Positions 16,296 through 23,201 of a DNA stretch of 32,000 nucleotides are shown here, one piece after another. The stretch is from Zestosphaera tikiterensis (GTDB lineage: Archaea > Thermoproteota > Thermoprotei_A > Sulfolobales > NBVN01), in assembly GCA_003056265.1 (NCBI GenBank), contig NBVN01000005.1, positions 13,918 to 45,917 on the forward strand, in the 5' to 3' direction. Within the stretch, counting starts at the first letter, position 1. Every line of letters starts with the position of its first letter. The notes beneath the pieces were generated by a model. The model was not told the origin of the DNA, did not search any database, and saw only the letters and a program-made list of their open reading frames with translations. A program made the translations under genes and the position numbers.

Positions 16296-16725
16296 TGCTA
16301 GTGCTATAGTGAAGAGGTATATTGAAGAACCGGGAAGTAATGTTGTAAGAGAGCTCCATTTAAAAGCATACTCTAGGGAGGTCTTCCTATCATCCAGCAT
16401 ATGGAATGTTGGGGAGGTTTTAGGAGCGTTTGATAGAGCTAAAGTCATCGGTAGAATGTATGAGGAAACATACATCACAGTCAGGAGGAGATTCCTGTTA
16501 GAGACTAGAAGGATGGCGAGGCTGAGATCCCTGCGGGTAGTCCCGTTGAGGATGGGGATCCTAGTGGAGGGCTGGAAGCTCATAGAGAAGTATCACATCT
16601 ACGAAGCCGACGCTATACAACTAGCTTCAGCAAAATACGTGAACGCTTCACAGTTTCTAACAGGGGATAAGCAACTTCATGAAGTAGCCACAGAAGAGAA
16701 GCTAAATAGCATGTATTTAGGATAG
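16255..16725 (+). CDS. vapC: PIN-domain ribonuclease toxin
   Basis: The N-terminal IYLDSSASAIVKRYIEEPGS carries the first acidic PIN residue (l-D-t/s-S). Later come YEADAIQLASA (conserved D-A) and FLTGDKQL (the C-terminal acidic residue region). It uses a TTG start. Confidence 0.75.
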   Translation: MRGKKELAIYLDSSASAIVKRYIEEPGSNVVRELHLKAYSREVFLSSSIWNVGEVLGAFDRAKVIGRMYEETYITVRRRFLLETRRMARLRSLRVVPLRMGILVEGWKLIEKYHIYEADAIQLASAKYVNASQFLTGDKQLHEVATEEKLNSMYLG

Positions 16726-16764
16726 GAAATTAAATATTCAATTAAAGATTAGTAGCTAACCACA

Positions 16765-17088
16765 CATTTACTTCACGCACACAAAACCGCATATAGCGAA
16801 CGCATAGACGTTCGTAAGCATGATTTATTGGGCTGTAACCTATTTGATGTTCGGAGATATAGCTTATAAGCATTTTCACTACTAATAGTATGTTGGGAGT
16901 CCGCTTAGGCGATGGGAGCAATGCTCCAAGCCTAAGCAAAAACTTAAACATAGATGGGAGGGTCGTGCCGTTACCCTCGACAGCCGCCCATGAACCTACG
17001 GGATGAGGTAAGCAAGCCCTCTAGGTGGAGGCGGAACTCCCTAGATAAGACCACGAAAACATATGAAATGACTGAAATGAACATCTAG
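16765..17088 (+). pseudogene. tnpB: Degenerate C-terminal remnant of a TnpB (IS200/IS605 OrfB) gene
   Basis: Several frames interrupted by stops read FTSRTQNRI*, then ...LLGCNLFDVRRYSL*, then ...PMNLRDEVSKPSRWRRNSLDKTTKTYEMTEMNI* (ends 17088). These resemble the T-S-Q-x-C Zn-finger region and the Met/Asn/Glu-rich tail of the intact TnpB at 26581..27810 (...AMKNEARQSGGTKNEGMKKTIKSY). Confidence 0.4.
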
Positions 17089-17178
17089 GGAGAAACGGTA
17101 GTAACGTGTTTAACAAGGTAGTGGAGGCACTCTCTAAGAATGCTTAGATAGGTATCAACGCTATTTACCTCTAACTAA

Positions 17179-17670
17179 TTAGCTCTTCAGAGCTTTAACG
17201 AATTCGTTAAAACTTTGAGACTTTGCTATAGCATGATCTACGTCTATGACTCTAGCTATGTCCCTATAAGGCTTCTCAGCTTTGACGACGATCTTACTGA
17301 TCCTCTCGCTTAATCTCCTCTCCGGATCCACCACATCTTCAGGGTTTTCCTCGCATAAGCCAGCTAGAATCCATGACTCAATAGATTTGTTAACTCTTAA
17401 AACCCTTACTACAACACCTTTATTCTTCAAATCCATTAAGCCCCTACTCACCTCTTTATCGAACTTCTCCAGCGTGTCTTCCGCTAATCCATGCGTATCC
17501 TTTAGAAGTAATATGTAGTTATAAGTGTCTACTAAAGCCCTAGCCTTCCTAACAGCCTTCTCCACTCTGTTACCTCTTAAAACGAAGGCTTTACATTTAA
17601 CGCTAAGTCTCCTACATACCTCCTCAATAAAGCCAGCATCACTGCTACCTTCAACAAATACGGCTATCAT
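17179..17670 (-). CDS. DUF4276-like / Toprim-like small protein (third gene of the cassette)
   Basis: The 163-aa protein starts MIAVFVEGSSDAGFIEEV (a beta-strand ending in acidic V-E-G-x-x-D), then has LLLKDTHG and SIESWILAG. I recognise this pattern as the DUF4276 family. Its ATG overlaps the ATPase stop by 4 nt (ATGA). Confidence 0.65.
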   Translation of the reverse strand: MIAVFVEGSSDAGFIEEVCRRLSVKCKAFVLRGNRVEKAVRKARALVDTYNYILLLKDTHGLAEDTLEKFDKEVSRGLMDLKNKGVVVRVLRVNKSIESWILAGLCEENPEDVVDPERRLSERISKIVVKAEKPYRDIARVIDVDHAIAKSQSFNEFVKALKS

Positions 17671-18872
17671 TCCACATCACCAAAGAATCTCGAGTACCAC
17701 GCTTCACCGAGGGTACCGCCTTCCTTAAGGAACTTCCTCACAACCTCGGCTTCACTTCCCTCAATTAACTTCTTAACCTTAGTTTCCGACCCCACCTTAC
17801 CCACAATAAAAACCTCCTCAGGATTGACGTAGTCGAGTAGATGTGGTGATTGCGTAGTAAATATTACTTGGGAGGGGGCCTTCCTCGCTAAATCTACAAG
17901 AGCTTCAAGTAGGTTTGGATGCACGTGGTTTTCAGGCTCTTCAACAGCTACAACATTGAACCCTGCGTTAAGTATGAAAGCTATTGCTAAAAGCCTTATA
18001 GTCCCGTCGGATATGCCCCCAGGCCTAAGGGGTAGGGTGAGGTCTCTAGACTTAAGCCATACCTCAACAACGTTACCCTCTATATGCGGTATAACCTCCT
18101 CAACCTCAGGGACAAGACCCCTAACAACATCCTCAACCCTAGTGAAATCCCTCCTCCTCTCCAAGTAGAGATGTAGTAAATACCTAGCTAAGTTAGCTCC
18201 ACTATACTTAACTACAGGCTCAGCAGATACGTTACTACTAAGCCTTACGCTAGCAGGGTTAAAACCAAAAACACCAACCCTTCTAAGAAACTCTATAATC
18301 ACATGTATAGACTCGTCAACATCTATAGGAGGTATTGTTAAAGGCGATGCGTAAAGACTTAATAGTACTTTCTTAACTCCTCCCTCAGGGCTTCGAAGGA
18401 CTACAGTAACATCCTTAGAGATCCCTAAACCCACTTCTTTAATAACTCCATCCCTAGATCTATACCTAGCAGTACTTACCTTACCAGAGCACTCATAGAG
18501 TACTTCACCCCCCTTCTTTATAACTTCTTCATACCGATCCTTGAGTAGTCTTAATTCGTATGAAGCCTCCTCCCCTTTAAGCTCTAGAGTAGTCTTCACT
18601 TCTATAGTTTCGTATATGTTGAAACTATGTACTAGATCTCCGAACGGTATTTCGTTAGGTGAATCCTCATCAGGTGTTGGAAGACCTACTGTAACATGGT
18701 TTCTTAATAATCTTAGAGCTTTTAATACGTTGCTTTTACCGCTGGCGTTAGGCCCTATAAGCACGTTTAGCTTGCCTAACTCTATACACGCTTCTTTAAT
18801 GCTTAGGAAGTTCTTAATGCATAGCTTCTTAAGCCTTACGCTTGACTCACTAGTTGAGTAGAAGTCACGCAT
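17667..18872 (-). CDS. ABC-type / AAA_21-AAA_15-like ATPase (RecF/SMC-like head)
   Basis: It has LKKLCIKNFLSIKE at the N-terminus, Walker A GPNASGKS (aa 40-47) and Walker B / D-loop FNVVAVEEPENHVHPNLL near the C-terminus. Length is 401 aa. Confidence 0.85.
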   Translation of the reverse strand: MRDFYSTSESSVRLKKLCIKNFLSIKEACIELGKLNVLIGPNASGKSNVLKALRLLRNHVTVGLPTPDEDSPNEIPFGDLVHSFNIYETIEVKTTLELKGEEASYELRLLKDRYEEVIKKGGEVLYECSGKVSTARYRSRDGVIKEVGLGISKDVTVVLRSPEGGVKKVLLSLYASPLTIPPIDVDESIHVIIEFLRRVGVFGFNPASVRLSSNVSAEPVVKYSGANLARYLLHLYLERRRDFTRVEDVVRGLVPEVEEVIPHIEGNVVEVWLKSRDLTLPLRPGGISDGTIRLLAIAFILNAGFNVVAVEEPENHVHPNLLEALVDLARKAPSQVIFTTQSPHLLDYVNPEEVFIVGKVGSETKVKKLIEGSEAEVVRKFLKEGGTLGEAWYSRFFGDVE

Positions 18873-18875
18873 ACC

Positions 18876-19811
18876 CTACCCAGCCCTCCCTACTTTATGA
18901 CCTACGTTTATTAACTTGCTTAAATTACCAATCACTACTACGTCTCCTTCTTTCACCATGCTTGTTGGGGTATTATTTCTTAATATTAGCTTTATCTCTT
19001 CACGACCTACGTACGTTCCAATCCCTTTAAAGCCTTGTTTTTCAAGTAATTTGTGGGTGGTAATGTCTTGATTCTCTACGATGGATACTTCATACATCCC
19101 CACGCGCTCCCCGCCAAGGACATTACGCGTTCCTAAGACTCCCACATAACCGTAGTGTGGGTAACCTCCCTCAACATATACGACGCTATCCTTAATGTTA
19201 AAAGCTAATGGTGTAGGGCCTTCACCCACCGTTTTATAGCTCTTTAAGAGGATGTAGTTGTTATTTACTTCGCTGACAACCCCTTCTAAACCTCTAGCGT
19301 TTTGAGTAGGGATAAACCTATGTCTAGCGATAGCTAGTTTAACACCCCCTCTAGCTCTATACCTATCGTGGGTAAATCTAACCTCTAAATGCATGTGAGG
19401 CTCCGTCCACGGTAGGAAATAACCTGAAATGATGAGCCTCCCTAAAGGATCACCATACACTAATTTCTCACCAGGCTTAACCCCCGGCTCAACATGTAGG
19501 GTTTTAACTACATACATAGAGTTTAAGCTAAGGATCATTAGATAGTCTTGATTTAAAGCATCACGCCTACGTACAGGAGTATCAACCCTCTTAACCTCTA
19601 ACACCCTCACCTCCTCAAACGGTAGTAAAGCTTCGTTACTTAAGAAATACACATCTACCGCATGTCCCTCCCTATGTGGTGTGTAGGGACTGTTGAAAAG
19701 ACTGTAGAAAGACGCCGCATCTAAGCATAAAGGATGTTGAGGACTGTTTATAGGGTATAGCAGATCCCTACATGAAAACCTCCCGACGTAGGTCCACATC
19801 ACAGCATTCAA
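18876..19811 (-). CDS. M23/LytM-like metallopeptidase-fold protein with an uncharacterised ~160-aa C-terminal beta-rich domain (first gene of the cassette)
   Basis: REGHAVDVYF resembles H-x-x(x)-D, and VKPGEKLVYGDPLGRLIISGYFLPWTEPHMHLEVR matches the M23 G-x-x-V-x-x-G-x-x-I-G...H-x-H-x-E block. There is no signal peptide or TM segment. The stop lies 3 nt before the ATPase start. The start is TTG 19811, with an alternative ATG at 19799. Confidence 0.55.
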   Translation of the reverse strand: MNAVMWTYVGRFSCRDLLYPINSPQHPLCLDAASFYSLFNSPYTPHREGHAVDVYFLSNEALLPFEEVRVLEVKRVDTPVRRRDALNQDYLMILSLNSMYVVKTLHVEPGVKPGEKLVYGDPLGRLIISGYFLPWTEPHMHLEVRFTHDRYRARGGVKLAIARHRFIPTQNARGLEGVVSEVNNNYILLKSYKTVGEGPTPLAFNIKDSVVYVEGGYPHYGYVGVLGTRNVLGGERVGMYEVSIVENQDITTHKLLEKQGFKGIGTYVGREEIKLILRNNTPTSMVKEGDVVVIGNLSKLINVGHKVGRAG

Positions 19812-20086
19812 ACCCTACTATCTTAGAAGCTAACTCTTAAATCCATTTAATAAACAAACCCCACAGCAACCTTCCCCGCAATCTACTTCACAGCAGTATA
19901 AAGTTTCTCTAAATCGATTTCCAAACAATAATATAAGAGCATATCCTTCAAACCAGTAAGTCTCAACACCTTAGTAAGCATCGCAAGACGTATTGCATCG
20001 TTAATGAGGGAGATCCCGCCTTTACTTACGTCAACACCGTTCTTCAATTAGTGGACGTTGCTGCCATGTTTAATTAATGTTAAAGC

Positions 20087-20455
20087 ATGTTTATTAATTG
20101 GATTTACTACCTTAGTTATGGAGTCTGCCTATATAGTGATGGGGTTGATGAGTGGTGGGGTGGTTTCCCCGGCGGGTTTCTGTGTAGGGATTTAGCTAAA
20201 GTGTCTGAAGAGGACTTTAAGAAGCTTGAAGAGCTATCTAGTAAGTACCCTGAGGTAGTGTTTCTAGCTATTACGGGATCTATAGCTCGTAAGGGCTTCA
20301 GCATACATGACGTAGATGTGGCGGTGAAGCTCAGCGCAGTTAAGGATAGATACGAAGTTTTAACATCCATTCTAACCGATATCTCCGAAATACTTAAGGT
20401 TCCGGAGGAATGCGTTGATTTAATAGACCTCGATAGAGCGGATCCAGAGGTCTGA
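20087..20455 (+). CDS. Minimal nucleotidyltransferase (MNT) domain, C-terminally truncated by an inserted element
   Basis: VVFLAITGSIARKGFSIHDVDVAV is the G-S-x-x-R-G...D-x-D NTase core. The ORF ends in a TGA supplied by the inserted sequence (20453-55). The listed N-terminus looks non-coding, and GTG 20201 (VSEEDFKKLEE...) is a more plausible start. Confidence 0.7.
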   Translation: MFINWIYYLSYGVCLYSDGVDEWWGGFPGGFLCRDLAKVSEEDFKKLEELSSKYPEVVFLAITGSIARKGFSIHDVDVAVKLSAVKDRYEVLTSILTDISEILKVPEECVDLIDLDRADPEV

Positions 20456-20759
20456 CTCTTGCGTTTGTCTTCATTCCTCATGGTTTTCCTCCACCCCCGC
20501 CTTTTGGGAGTTTAGCTTCATTGCCTTAGACTCCCGCATTGCTTCGCTAAACTCCCTGAGGCGAATGTGGAGGGGTTTAGGGGTCTTCATCCTTATCTCG
20601 CAACTGCTCATCGCTCGTCAGAGCCTCCACATCCCACATTATTACTTATAGCAACACTTATAAGTTTTCGGATAAAGAAAATCAAAGAGCAGAACCCCAC
20701 AACGACACCACCAACATAAACAACCATTCCTTAATGAACTAAGGCGACATCCAGAAGTT
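20453..20759 (-). mobile_element. 307-bp MITE-like derivative of a tnpB-type IS200/IS605 element, inserted in the MNT-HEPN gene
   Basis: It is flanked by atccagaggt (20442-51) and atccagaagt (20749-58). Its low-coordinate end (ggtctgactcttgcgtttgtcttcattcctcatggttttcctccacccccgcc) is visibly homologous to the right end of the full IS at 26548 (ggtctgaatgatactcttaat...gttttcttcatcccctcatttttcgttcccccgctc). On the minus strand it carries a decayed TnpB-tail-like reading (AMKLNSQKAGVEENHEE). The exact ends are ambiguous because of the flanking repeat. Confidence 0.5.
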
Positions 20760-20828
20760 AAAGCAGGTATTCTCAGGAACTCCGTCGTAATCATAGATAG
20801 GGGGTATTACGAAGAGCTTGTTAAAGAG

Positions 20829-21335
20829 GTGGAGAACTTGCTTAAGGAGTACGGCGAGCTTAGAGAGCTTTCAATTAAGGAGTGGCTGTACTCGCAGGAC
20901 CCTGCATCAGTGGATATCTCAATTATTAAACGTGGATTTGAGTTCGTAAGATCTGAGGTCGAGTTCTTAAAAGAGCAAATACTTGAAAAACCCGTTGATG
21001 AAGTAAAGAACTCACCAATTTTAAGTAGAGTTCTTGAAAGAAGCTATCAACTCATAGTGGAGGCCTTAGCAGACATCGCAAGGCATATCACATCGTCAAT
21101 GGGTTGGGGGCCTTGCTTTACGGCTTCAGAATGTTTTAAGAGAATAGCTGAGAAGAACGTAATCCCTGAACAGCTCGTTGAGGAACTCATTAAGAGGATG
21201 AAGGTCAGAAACATAATAATCCATAGATATCTAGATGTAGACTACGAAGAACTCTATAAAGACACACATAAACTCATCTCATTAACTCACGAGTTCGAAG
21301 AACATATAGTTAAATTCCTTAGGAACTTAAAATGA
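20829..21335 (+). CDS. HEPN (DUF86-type) domain protein, originally continuous with the upstream MNT domain
   Basis: KVRNIIIHRYLDVDY is the R-x4-H (R-N-x-x-x-H-x-Y) HEPN RNase motif. The frame is open upstream to 20721 and encodes PEVKAGILRNSVVIIDRGYYEELVKEV, which is the missing MNT C-terminus. Confidence 0.75.
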   Translation: MENLLKEYGELRELSIKEWLYSQDPASVDISIIKRGFEFVRSEVEFLKEQILEKPVDEVKNSPILSRVLERSYQLIVEALADIARHITSSMGWGPCFTASECFKRIAEKNVIPEQLVEELIKRMKVRNIIIHRYLDVDYEELYKDTHKLISLTHEFEEHIVKFLRNLK

Positions 21336-21632
21336 GCTAAATGCTAAAGCAGTTTTATTTAAGAGCTTCCCTCCCCATCCTCTTACTTAAACTGTTTGAT
21401 GCGTATAGGTAGTAGCATTTCAATCCCCCAGCTATTTAAAGCATTAACCATCAACTCGCTTCATGAAATTTAACCCTACTTATTTTAAGTTCTTGAGCTC
21501 ATGCTAGATTTATTTGAAGGGTTTTAAACGCGTTAGAGGAAGAATTTAGTATAATCAGCAGGTGCTGACGTACTTCACGTTCTTTCATTTTTATTTATTT
21601 TAAAGCCTAGAGTTTATAGAGAGTGTAGTATT

Positions 21633-21962
21633 ATGGATTTTAGGTTCTACGGAGATATTGATGATGTAGACGATAGTAGTATAGTGTTTGATAGGGGCAG
21701 TAGGACCGTGTATTTATTTAAGCCTAGGCTTAATCCTGAGGACGAGATTACTTTAAGATTTTCACGTATTCTTGAGAAGCTTGGGATAGAGTATGTTGTT
21801 GTAGCTGGATATATAGCCATCCTCTTCGGTAGAGGTCGTAGGACTGAGGATCTAGATTTTATAGTAATGCCCCTCACCGAAGGTATGTTCGTGGATTTAT
21901 GTAGGGAAGTATCCGAAGAAGGCTTTACGTTAATGCAGGGTGATGTAAGGGTTCGGGTCTGA
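21633..21962 (+). CDS. Nucleotidyltransferase-fold protein fragment (AbiEii/DUF1814-like R-x-T/S-x-D-L-D-F motif), truncated by an inserted element
   Basis: YVVVAGYIAILFGRGRRTEDLDFIV resembles the G-G-x-A...R-x-S/T-x-D-x-D-F NTase core. The last residues and the TGA (21960-62) come from the inserted element's end (gggttcgggtctga). Confidence 0.45.
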   Translation: MDFRFYGDIDDVDDSSIVFDRGSRTVYLFKPRLNPEDEITLRFSRILEKLGIEYVVVAGYIAILFGRGRRTEDLDFIVMPLTEGMFVDLCREVSEEGFTLMQGDVRVRV

Positions 21963-22275
21963 ACGATACTCCTAATCCTTCTCAAATATTTTTAATTGTT
22001 TTCTTCATCCCTTCATTTTTTGTTCCTCCGCTCTGTCGGGTTTCATCCTTCACAGCAGAGGCTCTTAGGGGCGACCCAAACACCCCCACACACGCTTACC
22101 CACTCTCTCCCCTAATCTCTACGATACTACCTTAGGGATCCACCTACCCTACGGGTGGATAAACCCCTCATCAACTCAAACAAAACTACCCAACCAACAT
22201 ATATAAACCTTTAAAATAGAAAGAAATTAAAAACATTTAAGAATATCGAGGAATTACATAGAGGGCAATACGGCT
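21949..22275 (-). mobile_element. ~327-bp MITE-like deletion derivative of the tnpB IS family (right end / omega-RNA region plus left end, no tnpB)
   Basis: 21949-22100 aligns by eye at about 80-85% identity with 26548-26700, the 3' end of tnpB plus the right end of the full IS. 22237-22275 (ttaagaatatcgag...catagag...tacggct) matches the other IS end at 28029-28077 (ttaagaatatttgag...tatagaa...tacggct). The minus strand encodes a TnpB tail remnant, GVFGSPLRASAVKDETRQSGGTKNEGMKKTIKNI*. Confidence 0.6.
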
Positions 22276-22542
22276 ATGGGTCAAAGCCTTCATGAAGAGA
22301 TTGAAGTTGAGAGGAAAAAGAACCTGGAGGATATCATACACTATGCTAAATGGGAGGCTGAGGCAGTTAAGAAGCTGGGGAGAAAATGGTTTGATATAAG
22401 GGATAGGTGGCTATGGGAATCCTTCAAAGCCGATAAAGAAATGTGGAGAAACCCTAAGGTCAGAGAAGCTTTAATAAAGACGATTACGTTTATAGATAAG
22501 TTAAAAAGGAAGAAATGCGCTTCAGACCCTCTTAAATGTTAA
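22276..22542 (+). CDS. Hypothetical 88-aa protein starting exactly at the MITE boundary; may be the displaced C-terminal part of the interrupted gene
   Basis: The ATG at 22276 immediately follows the element end (tacggct|atg). The sequence is Lys/Glu/Trp-rich with no motif recognised. Confidence 0.35.
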   Translation: MGQSLHEEIEVERKKNLEDIIHYAKWEAEAVKKLGRKWFDIRDRWLWESFKADKEMWRNPKVREALIKTITFIDKLKRKKCASDPLKC

Positions 22543-22590
22543 TACCCACTATAATTGCTTGCAGCACTGTTTCGTCTGAGAGCGGTGACA

Positions 22591-22610
22591 TAAATAAAAA
22601 TAAAAGATAA
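22591..22610 (-). terminator. T-rich tract (minus strand ttatcttttatttttattta) downstream of the feo operon; possible archaeal oligo-T terminator
   Basis: It sits about 55-75 nt downstream of the stop of the minus-strand gene 22667..23197, in a convergent intergenic region. Confidence 0.3.
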
Positions 22611-22666
22611 TCAGAGGCCGCTCCCGGGCAAGCGGTACCGTTAGCTCCATGGTGTTAACACCTCAT

Positions 22667-23197
22667 TTAAGCAAGCCCTCTGATAACTTCTCTTATGCTG
22701 CTTACGAAGAAGTACAGAGGTATTAGCAATATCCCAAGCAATAAGTGAGGAGATATTCCCCAAGGGTCTGTTGCTAGGCTCCATCCTTCGACTTCACTGC
22801 CCCATAGGAGTGGGTAGTAGGCTGCTATAATGTCGGATACTATTATTAGGACGTTAAGAACCATTAATATCACTCCAAGTACCCAACCAACGAAGAGGAA
22901 TCCGGCGGCTTTAACGTAGAGTCTCTTATTATGTAATTGAATCGATCTAACGAGTATTAAACCAACTAACGTGAGGACTAGGCCTGAAAAAGGGTCTGGA
23001 AATATGTTTGGTATACGTACGTCCAAAAAGTTAACGCTTAAGTTTACTCTACTTTCAACCCATGGAAACCACCAGCTAATCACTCCGTTGTAGAGCTGTA
23101 GCAACCCATATATAACGTATAGCGTCGCTACCGCTAAGACGTACGCTTTAACCCACACGCCCACCCTCATCTCTTCCTCCGTCAGCAATCGAGTCAT
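22667..23197 (-). CDS. Integral membrane protein (about 5 TM helices), co-operonic with feoB
   Basis: Hydrophobic helices are visible (VWVKAYVLAVATLYVIYGLLQLY, GLVLTLVGLILV, FLFVGWVLGVILMVLNVLIIV, LLLGILLIPLYFFV). The start lies 4 nt after the feoB stop. Confidence 0.6.
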   Translation of the reverse strand: MTRLLTEEEMRVGVWVKAYVLAVATLYVIYGLLQLYNGVISWWFPWVESRVNLSVNFLDVRIPNIFPDPFSGLVLTLVGLILVRSIQLHNKRLYVKAAGFLFVGWVLGVILMVLNVLIIVSDIIAAYYPLLWGSEVEGWSLATDPWGISPHLLLGILLIPLYFFVSSIREVIRGLA

Positions 23198-23201
23198 AGC
23201 G

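Noticed and set aside
16086-16583. 165-aa minus-strand ORF opposite vapB/vapC
   Set aside because: The plus-strand genes have recognisable RHH and PIN features and the canonical overlapping TA arrangement. The antisense translation has no motif.
17282-18861. Plus-strand ORFs 17282..17518, 17525..17728, 17956..18168 and 18541..18861
   Set aside because: They are antisense to the ATPase and DUF4276-like genes, with Ser/Thr/Leu-rich low-complexity translations.
20116-20481. 121-aa minus-strand ORF starting MRNEDKRKSQ
   Set aside because: Its first codons are the decayed TnpB tail of the inserted MITE, and the rest is antisense to the MNT core. It is not a coherent gene.
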